Shown piece after piece: positions 48,912-59,925 of a stretch of DNA of 64,000 nucleotides (its first letter is position 1; every line of letters starts with the position of its first letter). The notes under the pieces were generated by a model that was given only the letters and a program-made list of their open reading frames with translations, was not told where the DNA came from and did not search any database. Source of the DNA: an uncultured bacterium (lineage in GTDB: Bacteria > Fidelibacterota > Marinisomatia > Marinisomatales > UBA1611); assembly GCA_943788175.1 (NCBI GenBank), contig CALSPG010000007.1:256001-320000 (forward strand). The letters run 5' to 3'. A program made the translations under genes and the position numbers.

Positions 48912-49793
48912 ATGAATGAAATAAATGAAGTTCTTATTTTGGGCTCAATTGCTCTTGATACAATTGAGACCAAATTTGGTAAAAAGGAAGACCTTTTGGG
49001 TGGCTCAGCAACGTATGCTACAATTGGAGCGGGGTTCTACGGGAGTCCTATTCCTATTGGCATCGTAGGGGATGATTTTCCTGAGAAAGGGGATGAAATA
49101 TTTAATAATTTTTCTTCAAATCTTGAAAATATTGAAAAAAAACAGGGGAAAACATTTAGTTGGGGTGGTAAATATCATAATAACGGAGATGATAGAGATA
49201 CTCTATTTACCGATTTAGGTGTTTTTGAGAGTTTTGAGCCAGTTTTACATTCTAAAAATGTAAAAGCTTCTTGGGTGTTTTTAGCAAATATTCATCCTTC
49301 TCTACAGCTTAGTGTCCTTAATCAGTGCAAAAATAACCCTACAGTTATTACAGATACAATGAACCTGTGGATTGATACGACCTTACAAGAACTCAAAAAA
49401 ATAATTAAAAGGACAGATATATTGCTTATAAATGAAAGTGAACTTTCTCTGCTCACAAAGAACGAAAACATACAAGAATCTTCAAAACAGATTCTTTCAA
49501 TGGGCCCACAAAAGATTGTTGTTAAGCTTGGAAGTAAAGGTGCTAGGTGTATATCCAAAAATGAAGATATATCTGTGGGTGTTTATCCTGTAAAAGATGT
49601 AGTAGATCCCACTGGAGCTGGAGATGTTTTTGGCGGTGGATTTGTTTCTGGACTCATTGATAAGCTTTCAACTTCCGAATCAATGTTAAGAGGTTCTGCG
49701 CTTGCTTCTTTTTGTATCGAAGAATTTGGAGTGAGTAAGCTAATTAACATTAATAAAAATGATGTAGAAAAAAGGATGGAGTCGATTAAGTAA
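48912..49793 (+). CDS. PfkB family carbohydrate/nucleoside kinase
   Basis: GSIALD, LGGSATY, DTMNLWI, NESE, DPTGAGDVFGGG. Confidence 0.92.
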   Translation: MNEINEVLILGSIALDTIETKFGKKEDLLGGSATYATIGAGFYGSPIPIGIVGDDFPEKGDEIFNNFSSNLENIEKKQGKTFSWGGKYHNNGDDRDTLFTDLGVFESFEPVLHSKNVKASWVFLANIHPSLQLSVLNQCKNNPTVITDTMNLWIDTTLQELKKIIKRTDILLINESELSLLTKNENIQESSKQILSMGPQKIVVKLGSKGARCISKNEDISVGVYPVKDVVDPTGAGDVFGGGFVSGLIDKLSTSESMLRGSALASFCIEEFGVSKLININKNDVEKRMESIK

Positions 49794-49876
49794 TAATTTA
49801 TTGATTTACTTTTTCATGTGGTATAAAACCAATTAATTTTTAAGATAATTATAAAAAAACGAAGAGGATACTTATT

Positions 49877-50995
49877 ATGTTCAATTGGTACAGAACAAAA
49901 TTAAAATTTACAGTTTTAACTGCGGCAGGGTTGTTTTTATTTGCTTGTTCAAGTCAAGAATACACTACAGCAAAATTAGCTATACAACAATCCGAGTGGT
50001 CTAAAGCAGATGAATGGCTTCCCAAAGCCATGGCTGTAGAACCTGATAACCCAGAAATACCTATTGTTTATGCTATTGAGGTTCATGCAAGGAATAAAGA
50101 TTGGAAAGAAATGTATGATATGTTTCAGAAAGCTATTTCGATAGATCCTAACAAAAAAGTTGAAATTCGAACTATTTTTCTCCCCGTTTCTGAGCAAGTG
50201 AATAACTACACCCAATTTTATTGGGCAGAGCAATTCAACAAAGGTGTTGAAAAATTTAAAGAAATACAATCTGATCCAGATAATAAAAGTAAGTACTTAA
50301 ATGAAGCTATTACATATTTCACTAATGCGTCTATTATTAACCCCAAAGATCCGCAAACATATACAACTCTTTCAAAATGTTATTTAGACTTAGATGATAA
50401 GGGAAAAGCGATTGGTTTTATAAAAACTGCAGTAGAAAAAGATCCAGAAAGTTTTAGTTCAAACTTTACAGCCGGTCAAATTCTTTTGAGATGCGGTTTA
50501 GGGAGTAAGGCAGTCATTCCTTATTACAAAAAGGCAGTCCAGATAGAGCCCTCAAATAGTAACGCATTAAGAGAATTAGCATCTATGTATTATGACATAG
50601 GGGAAAAAGAACAATCTATTAAAGTCTTTAAGGATGCTATTAAAAATGAACAAGATAAGGTCATTAAAGCTGACTTATTTTTTAATTTAGGAGTCATTCA
50701 CAACCAAATGGAAAATTATGAAGAGGCTGAGAAAGCCTTTGATGAAGCTTATTATTTAAACGAAGACGACTTTGAAGCTGCTTTAGGTATGGCCAGTTCA
50801 TATGAAGGGTTGGGCGATAAATATTTTAATGGTACTGATGGTTTTACAAAAGATTTTGAATTAGCTGTTCGCTGGTACAGAAAAGCAGAAAAAAAAATAA
50901 AAGATGTAAAGAGTATTGATTTTGAAAACGAATCTGAATATCAAAGACAATTAGAATTGATTAGGTATAAACGGGACATAGCTGAACAAAACTAA
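49877..50995 (+). CDS. Tetratricopeptide repeat lipoprotein
   Basis: Lipobox LFAC; multiple TPR helices ending in P; GAGGA RBS. Confidence 0.85.
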   Translation: MFNWYRTKLKFTVLTAAGLFLFACSSQEYTTAKLAIQQSEWSKADEWLPKAMAVEPDNPEIPIVYAIEVHARNKDWKEMYDMFQKAISIDPNKKVEIRTIFLPVSEQVNNYTQFYWAEQFNKGVEKFKEIQSDPDNKSKYLNEAITYFTNASIINPKDPQTYTTLSKCYLDLDDKGKAIGFIKTAVEKDPESFSSNFTAGQILLRCGLGSKAVIPYYKKAVQIEPSNSNALRELASMYYDIGEKEQSIKVFKDAIKNEQDKVIKADLFFNLGVIHNQMENYEEAEKAFDEAYYLNEDDFEAALGMASSYEGLGDKYFNGTDGFTKDFELAVRWYRKAEKKIKDVKSIDFENESEYQRQLELIRYKRDIAEQN

Positions 50996-51004
50996 TAAAG
51001 AGAA

Positions 51005-51877
51005 TTATCCTAGTCGTTGCCTTTTATTAAAATATTCACTTAAACCTTTATCAAGACTATCGTCAGTAAATAATGAAACATAATCTATTTTGTTAAGGCG
51101 ACAATTTCTCCTGTAATATTTTTGTATGTCTAATATTAAGTTTTTATAATCATTTTTTATATGCCAAGGATCTGTTGTTATTTCTTCATCAGATTCCATA
51201 TCAACGAATTTCGTCCTGCTATCAAATTCAAACTCTAATTCATTTCGATCAAGTATATGAAACAAGATAACTTCTTGTTTCTTGTGTCGAAAATGTTTTA
51301 GTCCATTTAAAACATTTTTAGGTTCATCTAACAGGTCAGAAATAATAATAACCAGACCACGTTTATTGATTCTTTCAGCCATTTGATGCAAAACAGACTC
51401 AATTTTTGTGTTATTCCCTGGCTCCGGAACATCTAATACATTTAAAAGTGTATTTAAATGGCTAGGGGTACTTTTTGGAGGTATAAAAGAACGAATTTTT
51501 TCATCGAATAAAACTACTCCAGCTGCATCTTGTTGACTAATCATTAGATAGGATAGTGCAGCAAGTAAATAGCTACCGTATTCTAATTTGGAAATTTTAT
51601 TACTTGTATATGACATAGATCTACTTGTATCCAAAATAAGATGCGTACGTAGGTTTGTTTCCTCTTCGTATCTTTTTACATATAGTCTATTTGTTTTACC
51701 ATATAATTTCCAGTCGATGTGCTTTACCTCATCTCCAGGTTCATAACTCCTGTGTTCTGAAAACTCAACACTAAATCCATGATAAGGGCTACGGTGTTGA
51801 CCAATTATATACCCTTCGACTACTAATTTGGCTTTCATTGATATTGAATTAAGCATTGCAACCATTTCGGGTTGCAA
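51005..51877 (-). CDS. DUF58 domain protein, MoxR-associated (start probably ATT 51907)
   Basis: GQHRSPYHGFSVEFSEHRSYEPGD..HIDWK, YEEETN, LDTSRSM, IISD. Confidence 0.92.
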   Translation of the reverse strand: MQPEMVAMLNSISMKAKLVVEGYIIGQHRSPYHGFSVEFSEHRSYEPGDEVKHIDWKLYGKTNRLYVKRYEEETNLRTHLILDTSRSMSYTSNKISKLEYGSYLLAALSYLMISQQDAAGVVLFDEKIRSFIPPKSTPSHLNTLLNVLDVPEPGNNTKIESVLHQMAERINKRGLVIIISDLLDEPKNVLNGLKHFRHKKQEVILFHILDRNELEFEFDSRTKFVDMESDEEITTDPWHIKNDYKNLILDIQKYYRRNCRLNKIDYVSLFTDDSLDKGLSEYFNKRQRLG

Positions 51878-51908
51878 ATATTTTTTCTTATCGTGTACTT
51901 GCGAAATA

Positions 51909-52904
51909 TTAAGCCTCGATATTATTAATTAAGTGATTAACTATATCATCAATTTTTATACCTTCAGCCTCTGAGTTGAAATTTGGAAGGATTCGATGTC
52001 TTAAAATATCTGGAGCTATAGATTGAATGTCCTCTATGCTTGGAGTAGGTCGACCATCTAGAAGCGCTTTTGCTTTTGCTCCTAAAGCTAAATACTGAGA
52101 TGCTCTTGGACCAGCACCCCATTCAACCCATTGTTTAATATAGCTATCACTATCAACTTCATTTGGCCTCGTAGAAGCTGCTAGTTTAACAGCATAGCTT
52201 ACTACATTTTCAGAAATTGGAACTCGAAGAGTAAGATTCTGAAAATTAATAATAGATTCCTTTGAAAATACTTTTTTAATATTAGTATGATTATCAATAG
52301 TTGTCCGGTTAACAATTGAAATTTCTTCTTCAATTGTAGGGTAGCTTATATTTAAATGAAACATAAATCTATCTAGTTGAGCCTCTGGAAGTGGATAGGT
52401 ACCTTCTTGTTCAATCGGGTTTTGAGTAGCAAGTACAAAAAATGGTTCTTCTAATTCATATGTGTTTCCACCTGCTGTTACCTTATGTTCTTGCATAGCC
52501 TCTAATAGTGCTGATTGGGTCTTTGGTGGTGTTCTATTTATTTCATCAGCAAGAATAATATTTCCAAAAATTGGACCTTTGTAAAAACGAAAATTTCTTT
52601 TTCCGGATTCAGGATCTATATCAATTAATTCAGTCCCAGTAATATCACTCGGCATTAAGTCTGGTGTAAACTGAATTCGTTTAAAATTAAGATCACATAT
52701 TTCAGCCATAGACTTTATAAGAAGAGTCTTGGCTAATCCAGGCACACCAACTAACAAAGTATGCCCCCGGGTTAGGAGTGCAATTAACATTTGATCAAGC
52801 ACACTTTTTTGACCAATAATAACTTTTCCAATTTCATTTGAAAAGTTATTTTTGGCTTTTACAAGTTCTTCTAGTAATTCTGTATCATTTATCTTTTTGG
52901 ACAT
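51909..52904 (-). CDS. MoxR family AAA+ ATPase
   Basis: GVPGLAKT, RIQFTPDLMPSDITG, DEINRTPPKTQSALLEAM, ATQNPIEQEGTYPLPEAQLDRF. Confidence 0.95.
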   Translation of the reverse strand: MSKKINDTELLEELVKAKNNFSNEIGKVIIGQKSVLDQMLIALLTRGHTLLVGVPGLAKTLLIKSMAEICDLNFKRIQFTPDLMPSDITGTELIDIDPESGKRNFRFYKGPIFGNIILADEINRTPPKTQSALLEAMQEHKVTAGGNTYELEEPFFVLATQNPIEQEGTYPLPEAQLDRFMFHLNISYPTIEEEISIVNRTTIDNHTNIKKVFSKESIINFQNLTLRVPISENVVSYAVKLAASTRPNEVDSDSYIKQWVEWGAGPRASQYLALGAKAKALLDGRPTPSIEDIQSIAPDILRHRILPNFNSEAEGIKIDDIVNHLINNIEA

Positions 52905-53011
52905 TATATCTCTATTATTTTTGGTGTTAAATATTTGCGGTTAGAAACTTACTTTGATAAGTTAATTTCGGAAAGATAAATACGCTTATTTTTTAATTTA
53001 CAGGTAAACTT

Positions 53012-54046
53012 ATGAAAATAGATAAAACATCACTAATTGGAAAAAGTCTTGAAGACTTAGTTAAAATTTGTGAGGATAATAATCTTAAAAATTTTAGGGC
53101 TAAGCAATTGTTTAACTGGCTATATCGGAACAAAGTAAATGACTTTGATGATTTTAATAATTTACCAAAAGAGCTTATAACTTTCTTAAGGTCAGAATAT
53201 TGTATTCATCCTTTAACTTTTATTCGAGCAACTAAATCAACTTCAGAATTAACTAATAAGTTCTTATTTAAAACACAAAGTGGCGCTTTAATTGAATCCG
53301 TTTTAATGAATGATGATGATAGAATCACTCTGTGCCTGTCAACTCAGGTTGGTTGTGCATTAGATTGTAAGTTTTGCGCTACAGCAAAAATGGGATTTAA
53401 AGAAAACTTAAATCCTGGAGAAATAGTTGATCAATATCTTATGATCAGTCAAAAAATAAATAAACAAATAACTAATATAGTTTTTATGGGAATGGGAGAG
53501 CCCTTCCTCAATTATCGGAATGTTATCAAAGCTGCTCATCTTTTACACAATCCTAATGGTATTAATATGGGATATAAACGAATTACAATATCAACTGCTG
53601 GTGTCATTAGTAAGATTGAAAAGTTTACTAAAGAAAAAGAAAAGTTTAAACTAGCTATCAGTTTAAATGGGACGACAAATGAACAAAGAAAAGCGATTAT
53701 GCCAATTACAAAAAAAAATGCCTTGGTTGATTTATTAGATGCTTCAAAAAAATATACTGAGCAATCTAATACTTGGCTAACCTTTGAATATGTTTTGCTT
53801 AAAGAGTGTAATGATAGTATAGAGGACGCTGCCAGGTTAATTAAACTTTTATATGATATTAAAAAATGTAAATTAAATGTTATTCCTTATAATGAAACAG
53901 ACGGTGAGTTCCAGAGGCCTGAACAAAGTAAAATTCGTTCTTTTATGTCAAAATTAAGGTCTGCTCCTTTTCCAGTTACTATCCGATGGAGTAAAGGAAC
54001 TGATATTGATGCTGGTTGTGGACAGTTAGCGGTGAGCGATAGTTAA
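53012..54046 (+). CDS. rlmN: 23S rRNA m2A2503 / tRNA methyltransferase
   Basis: STQVGCALDCKFCAT, MGMGEP, FEYV, DIDAGCGQL. Confidence 0.95.
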   Translation: MKIDKTSLIGKSLEDLVKICEDNNLKNFRAKQLFNWLYRNKVNDFDDFNNLPKELITFLRSEYCIHPLTFIRATKSTSELTNKFLFKTQSGALIESVLMNDDDRITLCLSTQVGCALDCKFCATAKMGFKENLNPGEIVDQYLMISQKINKQITNIVFMGMGEPFLNYRNVIKAAHLLHNPNGINMGYKRITISTAGVISKIEKFTKEKEKFKLAISLNGTTNEQRKAIMPITKKNALVDLLDASKKYTEQSNTWLTFEYVLLKECNDSIEDAARLIKLLYDIKKCKLNVIPYNETDGEFQRPEQSKIRSFMSKLRSAPFPVTIRWSKGTDIDAGCGQLAVSDS

Positions 54047-54063
54047 AAAATGTATATTTATAA

Positions 54064-54846
54064 GTGTTGATAAATAAAATAAACAGTATCCTCAAGTTTG
54101 ATGGAAACATTGGAATTGTCCTTGGATCTGGCCTTGATCATGTAGTAGACAAGTTGACTAATAAAAGGACTTTACCATTTAAAAAAATATCGACATTCCC
54201 CATCTCTAAAGTTGATGGTCATAAAGGAGAATTTATTTCAGGATATATTGGAGACAGGCATGTTTTGGTTGCGAGAGGAAGGTTACATTATTATGAAGGT
54301 ATGAACTTAGAAAGTGTCTCATTACCAATTAAAGTCTTCCATCAATTAGGAATAAAAAAAGTAATCATAACAAATTCATCTGGGAGTTTAAAATTAAAAA
54401 ATTATCCAGGCTCTATTATGTTGATAAAAGGTCATTTTGATTTTACTTTTTTATCAAACAGTTCATTGCCTAAACTAAAATGTGGAGAAAAATATTATAA
54501 TCAAGAAATGATTAATATAGCTTTATCAGTAGCAAAAAAAAATGATATGAACCTTTTAGAGGGGAACTATTGTTGGATGCCTGGGCCAGCATATGAGACA
54601 CCTGCAGAGATTAAATTCTTAAAAAATTTAGGGGGCGATGCAGTGGGGATGAGTACAGTTCCTGAGATCGAATATGCTAAAGAATTAAACATGGATGTTT
54701 TAGTCTTTTCAGTTTTGACAAATTTTGCTGCAGGATTAGATAACAGATTATTAAAACACGAAGACGTGTTAGCTAGCGCCAAAAAGGTAGAAAATGACTT
54801 TGGGCGATTAATTATACAAACTATAAATCATATTGGTATAAAATGA
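54064..54846 (+). CDS. Purine nucleoside phosphorylase (trimeric PNP/XapA type)
   Basis: IVLGSGL, GRLHYYEG, GPAYETPAE, AVGMSTVPE, TNFAAG. Confidence 0.92.
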   Translation: MLINKINSILKFDGNIGIVLGSGLDHVVDKLTNKRTLPFKKISTFPISKVDGHKGEFISGYIGDRHVLVARGRLHYYEGMNLESVSLPIKVFHQLGIKKVIITNSSGSLKLKNYPGSIMLIKGHFDFTFLSNSSLPKLKCGEKYYNQEMINIALSVAKKNDMNLLEGNYCWMPGPAYETPAEIKFLKNLGGDAVGMSTVPEIEYAKELNMDVLVFSVLTNFAAGLDNRLLKHEDVLASAKKVENDFGRLIIQTINHIGIK

Positions 54847-56009
54847 AAATTAATATTAGAAAAGAAATTGCAGGATTATCTGATGAAATATATTATTACA
54901 GAAGGCATTTCCATAAGTATCCAGAACTAAGTTTTAAAGAGTTTAAAACGGCAGAAACTATTTCTAAATATTTAAAAGACTTTGGAATAAAACATAAAAA
55001 AAATGTAGGTAAAACTGGTGTCGTTGGTGAAATATATTTTGGGCCTGGGCCGACAATTGCATTAAGAGCAGATATGGATGCACTTCCAATGCAAGAAAAA
55101 GGTTCTTTAGATTATAAGTCAAGAAATGATGGAGTAATGCATGCATGTGGGCACGATGGACATATGGCAATTTTGTTGGGAGTAGCTAAGTCTTTATCAA
55201 AAAACAATAGAATAAAAAAAGGAACAGTAAAGTTTATTTTTCAGCCAGCAGAGGAGGGTGGAGGTGGCGCAAGGTACATGATTGAGGATGGTTGTTTAAA
55301 TGGTGTGGATGAAATATATGGGTTACATCTTTGGAACTATCAAAAATATGGTGAAGTAGGTTTGAAAACCGGTGCAGTAATGGCATCTGCTGATATATTT
55401 GAAATAGAAATCTTAGGAAAAGGTGGACATGGTGCGGCTCCGCAAGGAACGGTAGATGCAATTGTTGTAGCGAGCCACCTCATAAATATCTTACAAACCG
55501 TTGTTAGTAGAAATACAGACCCATTAGAAAATACTGTCCTGACTATAGGTAAAATAAAAGGTGGTGAAAATTTTAACGTTATATCTGATAATGTAATTAT
55601 GCATGGAACTACGCGAGCATATTCAGAGAAAAATCGGCAAATGATTAAAAAAAGAATGGAAGAAATAATTGAAGGTATTTCAAATTCATTCAATGCTATA
55701 ATTAAAATAAAATATAAAGAGGGATATCCGCCTACGGTCAATCATGACTTGCCTGTAAAAAATGTTTTACTAGCTGCAAAAGATATAGTTGGAGATCAAG
55801 CGAAATCACCCTATTTATCTATGGGAGGTGAAGACTTTTCATATTATTTACAAAAAATACCCGGATGTTTTTTCTTTGTAGGATCTGCTCCTGAAAAAAA
55901 TGATATTTTATCAACACCTCACCACTGCTCCCATTTTGACATTGATGAAAGGTCTCTTTTAGTAGGTGCCTCTGTTTATTTAAACCTTATAGAAAACTCA
56001 TTTAAATAA
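54843..56009 (+). CDS. M20D family amidohydrolase
   Basis: HKYPELSFKE, ALRADMDALP, MHACGHDGH, FQPAEEG, GEDF. Confidence 0.93.
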   Translation: MKINIRKEIAGLSDEIYYYRRHFHKYPELSFKEFKTAETISKYLKDFGIKHKKNVGKTGVVGEIYFGPGPTIALRADMDALPMQEKGSLDYKSRNDGVMHACGHDGHMAILLGVAKSLSKNNRIKKGTVKFIFQPAEEGGGGARYMIEDGCLNGVDEIYGLHLWNYQKYGEVGLKTGAVMASADIFEIEILGKGGHGAAPQGTVDAIVVASHLINILQTVVSRNTDPLENTVLTIGKIKGGENFNVISDNVIMHGTTRAYSEKNRQMIKKRMEEIIEGISNSFNAIIKIKYKEGYPPTVNHDLPVKNVLLAAKDIVGDQAKSPYLSMGGEDFSYYLQKIPGCFFFVGSAPEKNDILSTPHHCSHFDIDERSLLVGASVYLNLIENSFK

Positions 56010-56011
56010 AA

Positions 56012-56902
56012 ATGTTATATCTTATCCTAGCTTTTTTGCCCTTATTTATAAATGGGCAAGTGTTGACTAGTGATTTATCAGATGTCCTTAATTCAAATGG
56101 TTTGTTAATAAAATATTTAAAAGAAGAGTCCATTCCATTTAATGGGGATGTCTTCAACTATTATCCCAATGGCCAAAAAGAATTACAAGGTATTTATTTT
56201 AAAGGTATGAAGAATGGCAGATGGGTTTGGTGGTATCCAAATGGTAAAAAGCATAAAATTGGATTTTATGCTAACTCTATTGAGGACAATATATGGCAGT
56301 GGTGGTTTTCAAATGGGCAATTAATGAGACGAGGGTCTTATAAAGATGGTAAAAAAGAAGGTCGATGGAGCGAATGGAGTGAAGAAGGGGAATTAGCTTA
56401 TTCTTTTGGATATATTGATGATAAAGAGAATGGTAAATGTATTACCCGGTTTAAAAATGGGAAAAAACAATCAGAAGTTTTATATAATTATGGAATAAAA
56501 AGTGGCATAGAAAAAAGTTGGGACCAAAAAGGAAATCCGATTTACGAAAATAATTGGAAGGATGGATTGCGAGATGGAGCTCAAATAATTTGGGGTAAAA
56601 GTGGATTAATTTTACATAAACACAGATATTCAAGAGGTGTTTTGCATGGTGAGTTTATAGAATATTATGATAATGGACAAAAATCAATCACTGGCAATTA
56701 TAGGTTTGGGAAGAAACATGGGCCTTGGACCTATAGTTATAAAGATGGTGTTGTTGCATTGAGCGGTAAATATAGTAAAGGTACCCCTAAAGGGTCATGG
56801 TTTTGGATCCGAGCTAATAAATCTGAAATGGTTAATGTTGATACTCCAGAAACAAGTTGGGTAAACAAAAGAATTCGTGAGTGGGAAAAAGTATATAATT
56901 AA
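56012..56902 (+). CDS. MORN-variant repeat exported protein (YwqK-like)
   Basis: Tandem repeats of about 24 aa with YxNG...GxYxxGxKxG; N-terminal signal peptide. Confidence 0.85.
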   Translation: MLYLILAFLPLFINGQVLTSDLSDVLNSNGLLIKYLKEESIPFNGDVFNYYPNGQKELQGIYFKGMKNGRWVWWYPNGKKHKIGFYANSIEDNIWQWWFSNGQLMRRGSYKDGKKEGRWSEWSEEGELAYSFGYIDDKENGKCITRFKNGKKQSEVLYNYGIKSGIEKSWDQKGNPIYENNWKDGLRDGAQIIWGKSGLILHKHRYSRGVLHGEFIEYYDNGQKSITGNYRFGKKHGPWTYSYKDGVVALSGKYSKGTPKGSWFWIRANKSEMVNVDTPETSWVNKRIREWEKVYN

Positions 56903-58584
56903 TACCCTATTGCGGCAGTTTCATCCCTACAGTCTCCACCGCCATATAAGCCGTCATCTCTAATTATAATTCCGTTTGCAACACCCATATATCCGTAAGT
57001 TTTTATGATATGACCCCGCAATTTTAAGTCCTCAACTATATCCACAGATAATCCATTAGGTTCGATAAAAACAGTATTTTCAGGAAGCCATTGATGATGA
57101 ATTCTTGGTGCGCAGACTGCTTCTTTAATATTCATATCATGAATTAGTACATTTAAAATACATTGTAGCACTGTTGTAATAATTTTGGAACCTCCAGGTG
57201 AACCAATGGTCATTATTGGATATCCATCATAAATGAGTATTGTAGGAGTCATCGAACTGAGTGGCCGTTTATTTGGCTCAATTGCATTGGCCTCGCTACC
57301 AACCAACCCCCAAAAGTTTGGTGTTCCAGGTTTAATTGAAAAATCATCCATTTCATTATTTAAGAAAAAGCCAGCACCTGAAACGACATGTTTATTCCCA
57401 AAGTTTTGGTTTAATGTAGTAGTTACTGCCACAGCATTTCCTTCACTATCTACAACGGAATAATGAGTTGTTTCATTGCTCTCAGTGTCTTCATAATTAC
57501 CTGGATGAACCTCTTTGCTTGGAGTATGAGTTTTCATTGATATATCATCTATTCTACTAGCTGCATAAGACTTTGATAAAAATAGATTTCTTGGGTTCTT
57601 CCAAAAATCAGGATCGCCAAGATGCTGAGCTCTATCTGCGTACGCTCGTTTGGCTACTTCAGTTAATAGATGTATATAGTCCGTAGAGTTCCAACCAAGA
57701 GTATCTAAATGAAAGTTTTCTAATGCATTTAGCATATGAATAAGTAGGAGACCTCCAGAACTAGGTGGGCCCATTGAGATTACTTCAATATCTCTAAAAG
57801 TTCCAATGACTGGTTCACGATAGACAGGAGAATAATTTGTAAGGTCATTTTTTGAAATGTGTCCATTCCCTTTCGCCATCTCGCTTATTATCATTTTTGC
57901 AGTAGTACCTTCATAAAATCCATCTATTCCAAATTTCGATATTCGTTTTAATGTTTTTGATAAATCTTTTTGAATAAAAAGATCATCTTTTTCCCAGGGT
58001 TGACCATCTTGGCGGATGAATATTTTTGCAGCGGCCGCATTTAACTTAAAGACTTCTTTGTAGCTGTTAAATAAATCTGCTCGACGCTTTGATAATAAAA
58101 AGCCTTTTTCAGCTAATTTTATTGCTGGTGCCAGTAATTGTTGTATTCGAATGTTTCCAGAGCCATGATCTCTCCAAGCGCTTAATAACCCGTGTACTGT
58201 CCCAGGTACACCACTAGAAGACCTTGAGGTCAAGGACATATTGGGTACAACTGAACCCTCTTGATCTAAAAACATATCCCTATTTGAACTTGAGGGGGCT
58301 TTTTCTCTGTGATCTTGTGAAAAGATTTTACCATATGATGTCGCTCCTACCATAAACCCTCCACCACCTAAATTACCATTTTCCGGTGAGGTAACAGCTA
58401 GTGCAAAGCCAACTGCAACAGCAGCATCAACAGCATTACCACCTTTTTCTAGTATTTTAACTCCTGCTTTAGAAGCCTTCTTATTAAGGGAAACGACCAT
58501 TCCATTTTTAGCATATATTGGATCTGGAGAAGCTGTTTTAGCATACGCTAAAAGTAGAGGCAAAAGACAAAAATATTTATACAT
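56899..58584 (-). CDS. ggt: Gamma-glutamyltransferase
   Basis: GGNAVDAAVA, GVPGTV, PPSSGG, ETTHYSVVD (autocleavage Thr), NNEMDDF, PLSSMTP, GSPGG. Confidence 0.96.
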   Translation of the reverse strand: MYKYFCLLPLLLAYAKTASPDPIYAKNGMVVSLNKKASKAGVKILEKGGNAVDAAVAVGFALAVTSPENGNLGGGGFMVGATSYGKIFSQDHREKAPSSSNRDMFLDQEGSVVPNMSLTSRSSSGVPGTVHGLLSAWRDHGSGNIRIQQLLAPAIKLAEKGFLLSKRRADLFNSYKEVFKLNAAAAKIFIRQDGQPWEKDDLFIQKDLSKTLKRISKFGIDGFYEGTTAKMIISEMAKGNGHISKNDLTNYSPVYREPVIGTFRDIEVISMGPPSSGGLLLIHMLNALENFHLDTLGWNSTDYIHLLTEVAKRAYADRAQHLGDPDFWKNPRNLFLSKSYAASRIDDISMKTHTPSKEVHPGNYEDTESNETTHYSVVDSEGNAVAVTTTLNQNFGNKHVVSGAGFFLNNEMDDFSIKPGTPNFWGLVGSEANAIEPNKRPLSSMTPTILIYDGYPIMTIGSPGGSKIITTVLQCILNVLIHDMNIKEAVCAPRIHHQWLPENTVFIEPNGLSVDIVEDLKLRGHIIKTYGYMGVANGIIIRDDGLYGGGDCRDETAAIGY

Positions 58585-58599
58585 GATTGAAAAGGAGTA

Positions 58600-59925
58600 C
58601 TAAAGTAGACTTGATTGAATTATGTTTAAAACATTTTCTAAAGAGGTTCTATCTTGTTTCTGACTATCTCTATATCTGATAGTGATGGTACCATCATCCA
58701 TAGTTTGATGATCTACAGTGATTCCATATGGCGTTCCAGCTTCATCTTGCCTGTAATACCGTTTTCCAATTGAACCTTGTTGATCATATAAAACATTAAA
58801 ATGAGGCTTCAATGTATCTACAATTAATCGAGCTTTTTCTGGTAGTCCGTCTTTTTTAACCAAAGGGCAAACCACAGCTTTAATTGGAGCAATTTTTGGG
58901 TGAAGCTTCATTACTATCCGATTATTCTCTGTGTCTTCCCAATATGAATCTGCTAGAACTGTAAGGAGCATTCTATTTAAACCAGCTGATGTTTCAATAA
59001 TATATGGTAAATATCTATCATTATTTTCCTGATCAAAATATTTTAAATTTTTTCCTGAGTGATGTTCGTGATTTTTTAAATCAAAATCTGTTCTATTATG
59101 AATTCCTTCAACTTCAGACCAGCCAAAAGGGAAATTATATTCAATGTCCCATGCTTCTTTGGCATAGTGCGCTAATTCATTTTTTTCATGCTTATGAAAT
59201 CTTAAATTTTTAGAAGAAACCCCTAAAGTATTTGTGTAAAATTTTATGCGTTTTTCTTTCCACTCTTCCATGGCTTTATCATCATCACCTGGCTTTGTAA
59301 AATATTGCATCTCCATTTGTTCAAACTCTCTAGTTCGAAAAATAAAATTCCTTGCAATTATTTCATTTCGGAATGCTTTACCAATCTGAGCAATCCCAAA
59401 CGGAATTTTCATTCGGGTAGAACCTTGTACTAATTTATAATTGACATAAATACCTTGAGCTGTTTCTGGTCTTAAATAGGCAGTTGAGCCTGAATCTTCT
59501 AAAGCGCCTACTTCAGTTTTAAACATTAAGTTGAATTGTCTAGGTGGAGTCATCTTTCCAGTAGTGCCACATTTAGGACATTTAAATTTATCCCATTCTT
59601 CATTTTCTAAATTTTCAGTTAATTCATCTGCACGGTATCTCGATTTACATTGTTTACAATCTACTAATGGATCGTGGAATTCGCCTATATGACCTGATGC
59701 TTCCCAAATTTTTGGATGCATTAAGATTCCACTATCTAACCCAACAATATTTTCATGGTTTCTAGTCATTTCTTTCCACCAATAATTTGCAATATTATTT
59801 TTTAATTCAACGCCAAGTGGACCATAATCATAAACGGCACCAAATCCACCATAAATATCTGAACTTTGATAAACAAATCCACGCTGCTTACATAGTGAAA
59901 CTATTTTTTCTATAGTTTTATTCAT
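58600..59925 (-). CDS. glyQS: Glycine--tRNA ligase (dimeric type)
   Basis: YDYGPLG, FNLMF, YLRPETAQGIY, FRTREFEQME, IGKRYYRQDEAGTPY. Confidence 0.95.
   Translation of the reverse strand: MNKTIEKIVSLCKQRGFVYQSSDIYGGFGAVYDYGPLGVELKNNIANYWWKEMTRNHENIVGLDSGILMHPKIWEASGHIGEFHDPLVDCKQCKSRYRADELTENLENEEWDKFKCPKCGTTGKMTPPRQFNLMFKTEVGALEDSGSTAYLRPETAQGIYVNYKLVQGSTRMKIPFGIAQIGKAFRNEIIARNFIFRTREFEQMEMQYFTKPGDDDKAMEEWKEKRIKFYTNTLGVSSKNLRFHKHEKNELAHYAKEAWDIEYNFPFGWSEVEGIHNRTDFDLKNHEHHSGKNLKYFDQENNDRYLPYIIETSAGLNRMLLTVLADSYWEDTENNRIVMKLHPKIAPIKAVVCPLVKKDGLPEKARLIVDTLKPHFNVLYDQQGSIGKRYYRQDEAGTPYGITVDHQTMDDGTITIRYRDSQKQDRTSLENVLNIIQSSLL

Noticed and set aside
56012-56902. YwqK antitoxin of a toxin-antitoxin pair
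   Set aside because: It has generic MORN-variant repeats and a signal peptide, with no adjacent toxin gene.
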